This document shows positions 36,371 to 45,506 of a stretch of DNA of 64,000 bases, piece after piece. The DNA comes from Pseudomonadota bacterium (GTDB lineage: Bacteria > Pseudomonadota > Alphaproteobacteria > Rhodobacterales > Rhodobacteraceae). Numbering within the stretch: the stretch's first letter is position 1; every line of letters begins with the position of its first letter. Both the position numbers and the translations under genes were made by a program. The stretch covers positions 640-64,639 of the forward strand of contig JBCBFX010000006.1 in assembly GCA_038527345.1 (NCBI GenBank). Reading direction: 5' to 3'. Under the pieces are notes generated by a model. It had not been told where the DNA came from. It was given only the letters and a program-made list of their open reading frames with translations, and searched no databases.

Positions 36371-38782
36371 ATGTTTTCCCGTAGTTTTTTCTTGATTTCC
36401 CTTATTCTGATTTTCCCGGTCGCAGCAGCGGCGCAATTGTTCTCGGGTCCGCGTGACGAGGCGATGCTTGTGGGGCGCGACGAAACAACGTTTCCGCCTG
36501 CAGACGAAAACTACTTCGCCGAGATGGACAACGGCCTGGCGCTGTCCCCGGACGAGGTCAAGGGCCGCAACATGTGGATGGTCTGGACCGGCGGCAACGA
36601 CCTGCTGTGGGACCGGCTGACCCGCGACACGTTCGGGCAGTTCGATCTGCTCAAAACGTTGTCTTCGCATCCCGATCTGCCTGCGCAACGGTCGAACCGT
36701 TTTGAGTATCTGGGCCTGATCAACGAACCCTGTTTCGAAGAGGCGACCGGCCCCGACCCGGACAGGTTCGGCCTGTGGCTGGACCGGCGCACAGACGACT
36801 GCGCGCCCGATCCCTTTGCGAACGCCGACAAATATCCGGGCGTTGAAATCGGCGCGCGGGGACGCAATGTGCCTGCGGGGTCCTATTACGGCGAACCGAC
36901 CGGTGTGCTGGGCCTGCGGTTGTTTCCCAATCCCGATTTCGATGAACGCGCGGAACAGCGTTGGGACCCGGAACGGTTTTACAACGATCCCGATTACTAC
37001 TTCGACAAGGATCTGGTCCGCCCCTACCGGGTTGGCATGTCCTGTGCCTTTTGCCATGTGGGCCCAAGCCCGATTGACCCGCCGGCCGACCCGGAAAACC
37101 CTGCGATGCGCAATCTGAATGCGACCGTCGGTGCACAGTATTTCTGGTTCGACCGCATCTTTGCCTGGCAGCCGGACGCGCGCCAATACATGGTCCAGCT
37201 GATCCACACGGCCCGGCCCGGTGCGCTGGATACGTCGCTGGTGTCACCCGACTATATCAACAACCCCCGCACGATGAACGCGATATACCTGCTTGAAGAA
37301 CGGCTGCGGAACGCAACGCGGTTCGGAGAGGAAAGGCTGTCGGGCGGTGAACGGGACAACGTGCAGTTTCAGGATGTCGTGGCCGATGGTCCGCTTCTTG
37401 ATTACTTCAAGTCGCCTGATCTCAGCCTCAGCCCACGTGTTCTCAAGGACGGTGCGGATTCGGTCGGGGCGCTTGGCGCGCTGAACCGGGTCTATCTGAA
37501 TATCGGCCTGTTCAGCGAAGAGTGGACGCGGCACTTCAATCCGATTGTCGGCGGTCGCGACATCACGCCGATCAAGATCGAGACCGCGCAGAAAAACTCG
37601 GCCTACTGGCGCGCGACCGAGGCGCAGACCCCGCTGACCGCGCTGTATTTCCTCAAGGCCGGACGCCCGGACCTGTTGTCCGACGCGCCGGGCGGTGCCG
37701 CGTATCTGACCGAGGACGACGAAACACTGGACCGCGGCAAGACGCTGTTTGCCGAAAACTGCGCCCGCTGCCATTCCAGCAAGCTGCCCGAAGTCGCCTA
37801 TCGCACCATTCCCGGGGGCTGTTCGGGACCCAACTACATGCAATGCTGGTCCAATTACTGGGAATTGACCAAGACCGACAGCTTCAAGGCCCAGATGCGC
37901 GAAATCGTCCACGCTGACGATTTTCTGGACAACAACTATCTGTCGAACGAATTGCGCATTCCGGTCACCTTGCTGGAAACCAACGCCTGCAGCCCGCTGG
38001 CGACCAACGCCATCGAGGGCAACATCTGGGACAACTTCTCGTCATCGACCTACAAGGCGCTGCCGTCGGTCGGCAAGATCAAGGTGCATCACCCGGTGAC
38101 GGGCGAACCCTATGACTTCGATATGCCCGCAGGCGGGCGCGGCTACACCCGGGTCCCGTCGCTGATCAGCCTGTGGTCGACCGCGCCGTACCTGCTGAAC
38201 AACACGGTCGGCACCTACGAACAGGATCCGTCGGTCGAGGCGCGCATGCGCACCTTTGATGATGGCATCCGCAAGATGCTGTGGCCCGACACGCGGGTGC
38301 GGGACAGCGAATTGGGCGACAAGGTGCCCGGCCTGATCGACCGCACGACCGCGCAGAGTTACCTGATGATCCCGCGCGGTTTCCAGCCCGATTTCCTTGT
38401 GCGTCTGTTCGAGCCGTTCCGGGACGAATTGCCGTGGCTGTTCAGCGCAAATGGCGACATCGAGCTTGGTCCGATCCCGAAGGGCACGCCGGTCAACCTG
38501 CTGGCCAATCTGAACGTCCGGCTGGATCAGGCGGATCTGATCGACCGGATCGAACATGATTTCAAGCTGGCGCGGCTGATCATCATGATGAAGCGCGACT
38601 TGAAGGATCTGCCCGACAACGTCAGCGACACGCAGGCGCGCGCCATATTCGCCGATCTCGTCGACCCGCTGCTGGAACTCAGCAAATGCCCGGACTTCGT
38701 GGTGAACCGTGGGCACTATTTCGGCACCAAGCTTTCGGATGCGGAAAAAGAGGACCTGATCGCCTATCTGAAAAACTTCTGA
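36371..38782 (+). CDS. secreted di-haem c-type cytochrome-like protein (large, family unassigned)
   Basis: ATG at 36371 lies 7 nt after AGGAGA. Signal peptide MFSRSFFLISLILIFPVAAAAQ. There are two CxxCH motifs: CAFCH at 37043-37057 and CARCH at 37760-37774. Confidence 0.85.
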   Translation: MFSRSFFLISLILIFPVAAAAQLFSGPRDEAMLVGRDETTFPPADENYFAEMDNGLALSPDEVKGRNMWMVWTGGNDLLWDRLTRDTFGQFDLLKTLSSHPDLPAQRSNRFEYLGLINEPCFEEATGPDPDRFGLWLDRRTDDCAPDPFANADKYPGVEIGARGRNVPAGSYYGEPTGVLGLRLFPNPDFDERAEQRWDPERFYNDPDYYFDKDLVRPYRVGMSCAFCHVGPSPIDPPADPENPAMRNLNATVGAQYFWFDRIFAWQPDARQYMVQLIHTARPGALDTSLVSPDYINNPRTMNAIYLLEERLRNATRFGEERLSGGERDNVQFQDVVADGPLLDYFKSPDLSLSPRVLKDGADSVGALGALNRVYLNIGLFSEEWTRHFNPIVGGRDITPIKIETAQKNSAYWRATEAQTPLTALYFLKAGRPDLLSDAPGGAAYLTEDDETLDRGKTLFAENCARCHSSKLPEVAYRTIPGGCSGPNYMQCWSNYWELTKTDSFKAQMREIVHADDFLDNNYLSNELRIPVTLLETNACSPLATNAIEGNIWDNFSSSTYKALPSVGKIKVHHPVTGEPYDFDMPAGGRGYTRVPSLISLWSTAPYLLNNTVGTYEQDPSVEARMRTFDDGIRKMLWPDTRVRDSELGDKVPGLIDRTTAQSYLMIPRGFQPDFLVRLFEPFRDELPWLFSANGDIELGPIPKGTPVNLLANLNVRLDQADLIDRIEHDFKLARLIIMMKRDLKDLPDNVSDTQARAIFADLVDPLLELSKCPDFVVNRGHYFGTKLSDAEKEDLIAYLKNF

Positions 38783-38792
38783 GGAGCCCGAC

Positions 38793-40676
38793 GTGAACCC
38801 GGCCAGCTTTGACTATGTCGTCGTCGGCTCGGGTGCGGGCGGCGGTACGGTCGCGGCCAGGTTGGCCGAAGCCGGGATGCGGGTGCTGCTGCTTGAGGCT
38901 GGCGGCGACCCCAGATCGGCGCAGGGCGGCGTGCGCGGTATGGGAGACGCGAACAGGTTGCCGGATGACTACGACGTGCCCGCCTTTCATCCCTTTGCGT
39001 CCGAGAATGCCGCGCTGCGCTGGGACTTCTACGTAAACCACCATTCGGACCCGGATCAGTCCGCGCGCGACCCCAAACGCGCACCCGAGGGCGTGCTGTA
39101 TCCGCGTGCCGGCACCCTTGGCGGCTGTACCGCGCACAACGCGATGATCTTTGTCTATCCGCACCACGACGACTGGCGACACATCCAGGAGCTGACCGGG
39201 GATGACAGTTGGTCGCCGGCTGCCATGCACGCACTTTTCCGCAAGATGGAGAATTGCGGACACCGCCCGGTCCAGAAGGCGCTGAACGCCATCGGCATCG
39301 ATCGGACCGGCCACGGCTATGATGGCTGGATGCCAACCGAAAAGGCGATCCCACGGGCCGCGCTGCGCGACGATGACATCATGGATGTTGTGCGTCAGTC
39401 CCTGCGCGAGATGCTGGCAGAGGGGGGGGAGGTCGGACGCCGCTTGCGTTGGCTGGTTACAAGCGCGGCCGACCCCAACGACCTTGACCGGATCGACAAC
39501 GATGCGGAGGGGATGGTGTATACACCGCTCTCGACCCGGGATGGCGTCCGCTTTGGCGCCCGCGAACGCGTGCTGGACGTCGCACGCCGATATCCCGATC
39601 GGCTGGTCGTGGAACTGGATGCCCTGGCGACACGGGTGCTGCTGGACGATGCGCGGCGTGCCATCGGTGTCGAATACCTGAAAGGCGCGCGGCTTTACCG
39701 GGCACATGCGTCACCGAATGGCGATGCCGGCGATCGGCGACAGGCGATGGCGACCCGAGAGGTCATCCTTGCCGGTGGCGCATTCAACACACCGCAATTG
39801 CTGATGCTGTCCGGGATTGGCGCTGCGGACGATTTGGACCGCTTCGGCATTCCTCAACGCGTCGAACTGGATGGTGTAGGCGGCAACCTTCAGGACCGGT
39901 ACGAGGTCGCGGTTGTCAACAGGATGGCCTTTGACTGCTGGGAAAGCATGGCCGACTGCCGATACGAAGCCGGTGATCCCTTGTGGCAGGGCTGGAAATC
40001 CGGCGGCAGGGGGCTTTATGCCACCAACGGGGCGGCACTGGCGGCGATCCGGCGATCCCGCCCGGATCTGCCGCGGCCGGACCTGTTCTGCATGGCGCTT
40101 CTTGGACGCTTTTCCGGCTACTATCCGGGCTATGCGGCGGACCTCGCGGCCAGCCGGAACCACCTGAGCTGGGCCGTTCTCAAGGCGCATACGCTGAACC
40201 GGGCAGGGCGGGTTCGCCTGGCTTCTGCCGATCCGCGCGACAGGCCCGTCATCGATTTCAACTATTTCGAGGACGGGGGCGACACGGACCTTCAGGCGGT
40301 CGTCGAGGGGGTCAAGTTCGTTCGGAAGCTGACCGAACCACTGCGCCGCGACGGTCGCATTACCGCCGAGGAAATACCCGGCCCGGACATTCAGACCGAC
40401 GCACAGATCGCCCAGTACATCCGCGACGAATGCTGGGGCCACCATGCGTCGTGCAGCTGCCCCATCGGTTCCCCGGAACGCGGCGGGGTTCTGGACAGCC
40501 GGCTTCGGGTGCATGGCACGCGGGGCCTTCGGGTCGCCGACGCCTCCGTCTTTCCGCGCATTCCGGGATTCTTCATCGCGTCGTCCGTCTACATGGTCGG
40601 CGAAAAGGCGGCGCAGGTCATTCTGGACGACGCTGACCATCAACACGCTACAGAAGGGATCTATCATGGCACATGA
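38793..40676 (+). CDS. GMC family FAD-dependent oxidoreductase (choline dehydrogenase-like)
   Basis: 627 aa. The FAD motif is FDYVVVGSGAGGGTVAARLAEAG. GGCTAHNAM is present, and the C-terminal GMC signature is HHASCSCPIG...RVADASVFPRIPG. Confidence 0.9.
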   Translation: MNPASFDYVVVGSGAGGGTVAARLAEAGMRVLLLEAGGDPRSAQGGVRGMGDANRLPDDYDVPAFHPFASENAALRWDFYVNHHSDPDQSARDPKRAPEGVLYPRAGTLGGCTAHNAMIFVYPHHDDWRHIQELTGDDSWSPAAMHALFRKMENCGHRPVQKALNAIGIDRTGHGYDGWMPTEKAIPRAALRDDDIMDVVRQSLREMLAEGGEVGRRLRWLVTSAADPNDLDRIDNDAEGMVYTPLSTRDGVRFGARERVLDVARRYPDRLVVELDALATRVLLDDARRAIGVEYLKGARLYRAHASPNGDAGDRRQAMATREVILAGGAFNTPQLLMLSGIGAADDLDRFGIPQRVELDGVGGNLQDRYEVAVVNRMAFDCWESMADCRYEAGDPLWQGWKSGGRGLYATNGAALAAIRRSRPDLPRPDLFCMALLGRFSGYYPGYAADLAASRNHLSWAVLKAHTLNRAGRVRLASADPRDRPVIDFNYFEDGGDTDLQAVVEGVKFVRKLTEPLRRDGRITAEEIPGPDIQTDAQIAQYIRDECWGHHASCSCPIGSPERGGVLDSRLRVHGTRGLRVADASVFPRIPGFFIASSVYMVGEKAAQVILDDADHQHATEGIYHGT

Positions 40677-41118
40677 TATCGAAACGCTCATGGATATGAG
40701 TCAGGATGAGCTGGACGCGCTGTTCTCCAGCGTTCCGGCGGGCGATATCCCGGACGGCGAGGCCGAGGGCACCGCCATCGTCGCCCCGGGTACGAAATTC
40801 ACGCCGCTCATCTCGCGCTTCATCAACAGCTTCGCCTGGCAGGGAAAAGTGTTCGACGGCTCCAAGGGGGTCTTGCGCAACCGCATTCTGCCCTTTGGGC
40901 TCAATGCCATTCTCGCCAGGGTCTACAAGGATAAAAGCTGGCTCGATGGCAAGGAATGCATCGTGCTCGACTATTCCGATACTTCCATTCTGGCGCAATG
41001 GATCCGGGACGAGATCCGCGCCATCGGACCGGGGCTGTACCTGGGCAAGGTCTATTGGGACGACAATCGCCTGATCGACTTCGCACTCGATTTCAACGCC
41101 GACACGGGAACGTCCTAG
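40666..41118 (+). CDS. small 150-aa protein (GXWXG/DUF4334-like, tentative)
   Basis: ATG at 40666 overlaps the GMC gene end by 11 nt. The segments AWQGKVFDG and ECIVLDYSDTSILAQWIRDEIRAIGPGLYLGKVYW...IDFALDF resemble the DUF4334 pattern as I recall it. Confidence 0.6.
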   Translation: MAHDIETLMDMSQDELDALFSSVPAGDIPDGEAEGTAIVAPGTKFTPLISRFINSFAWQGKVFDGSKGVLRNRILPFGLNAILARVYKDKSWLDGKECIVLDYSDTSILAQWIRDEIRAIGPGLYLGKVYWDDNRLIDFALDFNADTGTS

Positions 41119-41149
41119 GCGGCGCACCTCGCGCCGGATCCGTATTGCC

Positions 41150-42451
41150 ATGACGCCGCAGACCACATTCCTCATTCTCGCGCCCGTCGCCGAGGGCAGG
41201 ATCGAAGACCTGCGCGCGCTTCTGCTGGACATGACGGTCAAGCCCGGTCTGGCGGACCCCGAAAATCCGCTGGTGCCGTTCGGGCGCTTTGACCGTCTGC
41301 ATGTTGCGCGCTTCTTCATTCCGCAGGTGGACACCTGGCGCGACATCGGGGCTTACGGCGTGGCCGCCGATCCTTATCCGCCGCAGCTTGCCTTTCTTGG
41401 TGACATCGACGGCGACAGGGAAAGCTTTCTGAACGAGCTTGTGCGCCACGCAGGCGACGGGCTGCGCCGGATTTTTGCCCATTGCGAAGACTTCGAGGAC
41501 GAAACCGATCTGCGCGCCTGGATGAGCACGCGGAACGTGGTCGAAGCGGCGAATTACGTAAACACGCTTGGTCGTACGGTGCGGCAGGTGAACGAAGAGG
41601 CGGCGCTGGCCATGGCCCTCAGAGCGCACCTGCCGCACCTGGTCAAAGCGCATGGCGCAGCGGACGCCATCTTGCTGCACGCGCGGATGCGCGAATTCGT
41701 TGACACCGAAATCAAAGAAGGGCGCTTGCGCCTGACACCGCCCGAGCGGACACCGCCATCTCGGACCATCGCCGACTGGGTCGAAAAGATCGGCGTGCCG
41801 CTGGGACTGTTTGCCATATCGCCGCTGGTTCTGCTTGCGTCGCCTTTGCTGTTGTTTCGATTGCGTCAACTGGAACGGTCAGACCCCGAAATCCTGCCGC
41901 GTCCGGACGATGCCCGGGTCGCCACGCTTGGCACCTATGAGGACCACGATGTAACCAATCCCTTTTCGGCCATCGGCGATCTGAAGCCCGGAGGTTTCCG
42001 GCGGGCGACCGCAACAGTCGCCCTTTACCTGCTGAACTACGCGGCCCGGCATATATTCTCGCGCGGTTACCTGACCCGCGTGCAGACGATCCATTTCGCC
42101 CGGTGGGTGTATCTGGATGACAAACGGCGCGTGATGTTCTGCAGCAATTACGATGGCGCATTGGAAAGCTACATGGACGATTTCGTCAACAAGGTCGCCT
42201 GGGGCCTCAATATCGTGTTCTCGAACGGTGTCGGCTATCCGTCCACGCGCTTCCTGATCCTTGATGGGGCGGAACAGGAGAGCAGGTTCAAAAGCTACCT
42301 GCGCAACCGACAGCAACCGACCGAGGTCTGGTACAAGGCTTATCCCGGCCTTACGACAATCGACCTTGCGCGGAACACCCAGATCCGGGCCGGATTGCAA
42401 TCCCGTCCACGCGGGCATCGGGCGCTGCGCAAATGGCTGGGCAAGATATGA
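41150..42451 (+). CDS. hypothetical 433-aa protein with one central hydrophobic helix
   Basis: The ORF is in an operon position. The hydrophobic segment is IGVPLGLFAISPLVLLASPLLLF. The conserved-looking TRVQTIHFARWVYLDD and ALESYMDDFVNKVAWGLN were not assignable to any family I can name with confidence. Confidence 0.72.
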   Translation: MTPQTTFLILAPVAEGRIEDLRALLLDMTVKPGLADPENPLVPFGRFDRLHVARFFIPQVDTWRDIGAYGVAADPYPPQLAFLGDIDGDRESFLNELVRHAGDGLRRIFAHCEDFEDETDLRAWMSTRNVVEAANYVNTLGRTVRQVNEEAALAMALRAHLPHLVKAHGAADAILLHARMREFVDTEIKEGRLRLTPPERTPPSRTIADWVEKIGVPLGLFAISPLVLLASPLLLFRLRQLERSDPEILPRPDDARVATLGTYEDHDVTNPFSAIGDLKPGGFRRATATVALYLLNYAARHIFSRGYLTRVQTIHFARWVYLDDKRRVMFCSNYDGALESYMDDFVNKVAWGLNIVFSNGVGYPSTRFLILDGAEQESRFKSYLRNRQQPTEVWYKAYPGLTTIDLARNTQIRAGLQSRPRGHRALRKWLGKI

Positions 42452-43950
42452 GCCGTGCGCGCACATATCCCGCGCGTCCTGTCGACTTTGCCGACATGCA
42501 GGGGCTGGTGCGCTTTGGCCACGGGCGGCTGGTCGAAGCGGAATTCCTGCTGCTGTCCGTGACCGATGTCGCGGCTGCGCGGCACTGGCTGGCGACGGCG
42601 CCCGTGACCTCTGCCGAAACACTGGAAGAACCACCCGACGTGGCACTGCAAATCGCATTTACCGCCACAGGGCTGCGTGCGCTTGGGCTGGCGGACGACT
42701 TTGTGGCGCAGTTTTCGCAGCCGTTTCTGGCCGGGATGGCGGGCGAGCAAAGCCGGGCGCGCCGATTGGGCGATACCGGCACCAACGCGCCGGAACACTG
42801 GCATTGGGACGCGGCGGGCAGCCACGTGCTGCTGATGCTGTATGCGCGCGCGGGCGGGCTGGACGACTTCAGGTCGACCGTTCTGGAGGGTGAATTCGAA
42901 ACGGCTTTCGGCCGTGTTCAAACCCTGACGACCCGGTCCAACGACGGCATCGAACCGTTCGGCTTTGCCGACGGCATCAGCGAACCGAAAGTGGATTGGG
43001 AACAGGCGCATCCGCCGTCGAAACACGGTCGCGAAGCCTATGAAAACATGATTGCACCGGGTGAGGTCGTGCTGGGCCACATCAACGAATACAACGAAGT
43101 GTCGCCCGCCCCGCAGTTGACCACAAGCGTCGCGGGCGCCGACGTCCCGCCAACGCAAGAGAGCCCGCAGGACATGCGGGATTTCGGCGGCAATGGCAGT
43201 TATCTGGTGCTGCGCCAACTGGAACAGGATGTCGCGGGCTTCTGGCGCTACCTCGATGATGTCACCGACGGCGACCCGACCGAACGCGCGGCGTTGGCCG
43301 CAGCCATGGTCGGCCGCCAGCAGGACGGCACGCCGCTTGTCCGGGGGCGGCGCGACATCGTGGGGGGACGACACGGCAACAACTTCACCTTTGATGACGA
43401 CATCGACGGTGTCGTTTGCCCCGTGGGTGCCCATATCCGCCGGGCCAACCCGCGCACGGGTGATCAGCCGCCGGGGGTCGATGGGGTCTGGTCCTGGATC
43501 CTCAGCACGCTTGGCTTTCGACGCCGACGCGACAAGCTGCCGGGCCGGCACGATCTGGTTGCGTCGACCCGCTTTCACCGCCTTGTCCGGCGCGGCCGGG
43601 CCTATGGCCCCAAGCTGTCGCCCGAAGACGCGCTGACAAACCCGTCGGGCGCGGCACAGGGTCTGCACTTCATCTGTCTTTGCGCCAATCTGACCCGTCA
43701 GTTCGAATTCGTCCAGAACGCCTGGATGTCCGCGCCGGGCTTCAACGGCCTGCGTTCCGAGGCCGACCCGCTGGTCGGCAGCCGCGCGCCCGTGGGCGGC
43801 GTGCCAAGTGACAGCTTCAGCATCCAGCGCGCCACCGGGATCGGTCGCCGTTACGACAACCTGCCGCAATTCGTGACCGTCCGCGGGGGCGGGTATTTCT
43901 TTCTGCCCGGCTTGCGTGCGCTCCGCTTTATCGCGCGGCAGAAAGACTAG
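42448..43950 (+). CDS. DyP-type (dye-decolorizing) haem peroxidase family protein
   Basis: 500 aa from ATG 42448 (ATGA overlap with the upstream stop; ATG at 42433 is an alternative). Motifs are MQGLVRFG, EPFGFADGISEP, CPVGAHIRRANPR (proximal His region), RRGRAYG and GGGYFFLPG. Confidence 0.85.
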   Translation: MSRARTYPARPVDFADMQGLVRFGHGRLVEAEFLLLSVTDVAAARHWLATAPVTSAETLEEPPDVALQIAFTATGLRALGLADDFVAQFSQPFLAGMAGEQSRARRLGDTGTNAPEHWHWDAAGSHVLLMLYARAGGLDDFRSTVLEGEFETAFGRVQTLTTRSNDGIEPFGFADGISEPKVDWEQAHPPSKHGREAYENMIAPGEVVLGHINEYNEVSPAPQLTTSVAGADVPPTQESPQDMRDFGGNGSYLVLRQLEQDVAGFWRYLDDVTDGDPTERAALAAAMVGRQQDGTPLVRGRRDIVGGRHGNNFTFDDDIDGVVCPVGAHIRRANPRTGDQPPGVDGVWSWILSTLGFRRRRDKLPGRHDLVASTRFHRLVRRGRAYGPKLSPEDALTNPSGAAQGLHFICLCANLTRQFEFVQNAWMSAPGFNGLRSEADPLVGSRAPVGGVPSDSFSIQRATGIGRRYDNLPQFVTVRGGGYFFLPGLRALRFIARQKD

Positions 43951-43959
43951 GAGATCACC

Positions 43960-45159
43960 ATGCGCGCCATCCTCGTCGCACTCCGCCGCCTGCTGCACCG
44001 TCTGTTGCAGGCGGGTCTGCATATCGAACGGCGGCTCGAACCCTTCTTTCGACCGCAACTGAACCGCCTGGTCCGCGCGCCCACCGCACGCCTGTTGCAA
44101 CGGCTCAAGAACCGCAAACGGCCCGACCTGGGCCTCGGTCCGGCCGAAGAAAGGATCTTTGACTGGGAAGAGGAAGCCCTGCAAACCATCATCGACGAAA
44201 TGCGCGAGCAAATGAACCTGCATTTCCAGCCCGGTGCCTATGAACGCGGTGGCAACACCAAGACACACGGGCTGGTCCGCGCCACTTTCACTGTCCACTC
44301 GGACCTGCCGGATCACCTGCGCAAGGGCGTGTTCGCGACCGAACGCAGCTATCCCGCCTATATCCGCTTTGCCGGTCCCGGGCCTGACGTGCCCGAGGAC
44401 ATCCGCGATGTGGGTTTCGGGTCCATGTCCGTCAAACTGATGGACGTGCCGGGCCCCAAGCTGATGGACGAAGAGAAGTTCACCCAGGACTGGCCCGCCG
44501 TTGTCACCCCGACCTTTGTGACCCCGGACGTGCGTGAAAACGCCAAGTTGCAGTACTGGAGCACGATTGACGAGGCGCTCTGGTACTTTCTCGATCCGCG
44601 TGACCTGCACCTGATCGACTTTCTGATGCAGGGGCTTTGGAACGAAACGCAGATGAACCCGTTGGGCCACCGCTACTACAGCTGCGTGCCTTACCTGTTG
44701 GGCGAAGGACAGGCGATGCTGTATTCCTACGCGCCGTTGACGGACGTGCCGATGACCATACCGGGTGTGCCATTCGGGCGCGTACCGCCGAACTACCTGC
44801 GTGACAACATGGCCAAGACGCTGCGCGGTAAACCGGTGGAATTCGACATGCTGGTCCAACTCCAGACCGATCCGCATCTGATGCCGGTCGAGGATGCATC
44901 GGTGCTTTGGCCCGAGGACAAATCACCCTGGATCCCGGTCGCGCGCATCCACATCCCCATGCAGGATTTCGACCGACCGTCGCAGATGGCGTTCGCCCGA
45001 AACCTGCGGATCAATCCCTGGCACGCGCTGCCCGACCACCGCCCCCTTGGCAACCAAAGCCGGGCGCGGCGTCGTATGTACCAGGAGTTGGCGGCCTTTC
45101 GACAGAAAATGAACCAGGCCGCCCATGTCGAGCCGACAGGAAATGAGACGTTCGACTGA
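43960..45159 (+). CDS. catalase-fold haem protein (small catalase-related/y4iL-like family; not a canonical catalase)
   Basis: 399 aa with RBS AGGAGA. Features are GGNTKTHGLVRATFTV (distal His region), YIRFAG, INPWHALPDHRPLGNQSRARRRMY (proximal Arg..Tyr region), and a length typical of mini-catalase relatives. Confidence 0.78.
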   Translation: MRAILVALRRLLHRLLQAGLHIERRLEPFFRPQLNRLVRAPTARLLQRLKNRKRPDLGLGPAEERIFDWEEEALQTIIDEMREQMNLHFQPGAYERGGNTKTHGLVRATFTVHSDLPDHLRKGVFATERSYPAYIRFAGPGPDVPEDIRDVGFGSMSVKLMDVPGPKLMDEEKFTQDWPAVVTPTFVTPDVRENAKLQYWSTIDEALWYFLDPRDLHLIDFLMQGLWNETQMNPLGHRYYSCVPYLLGEGQAMLYSYAPLTDVPMTIPGVPFGRVPPNYLRDNMAKTLRGKPVEFDMLVQLQTDPHLMPVEDASVLWPEDKSPWIPVARIHIPMQDFDRPSQMAFARNLRINPWHALPDHRPLGNQSRARRRMYQELAAFRQKMNQAAHVEPTGNETFD

Positions 45160-45506
45160 TCTGACCGCAGTTTCGGACCGGGCAAAGGCCCGCACATCGC
45201 CCGATCCGGTTGAACGGGCTTGTCTGGCGGACCGCACATATTTGCCCTGCCGGTGCCCAGCCCACCCAAAGCGCGCAAAGCATCAACGCGGGAATTGACT
45301 GCCCGGTTACGGGCGCCGGAGGGGATGGTGTCGTTCGTTGTGACGGTGAGCGCAACGGCAATCCGCCGTCCGATGGGTGTGCCGATCGCCCGCGATCAAC
45401 GCGCCTCTTGCAAAGCCGGGTGGGGCCGGTATCGTTATGATATCGTGACTGCTTCCGTTATGAATGCTGACTTGGAACGCACGCAACGTCGTGCATGGGA
45501 GGAACT

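Noticed and set aside
42448-43950. DyP as encapsulin cargo
   Set aside because: There is no HK97-fold shell gene adjacent. The downstream gene is catalase-fold, and the DyP C-terminus (LRALRFIARQKD) does not resemble the Gly/Ser/Leu-rich targeting peptide.
42340-44877. 845-aa minus-strand ORF
   Set aside because: It is antisense to the DyP and catalase-fold genes. It has no motifs and shadow-ORF composition.
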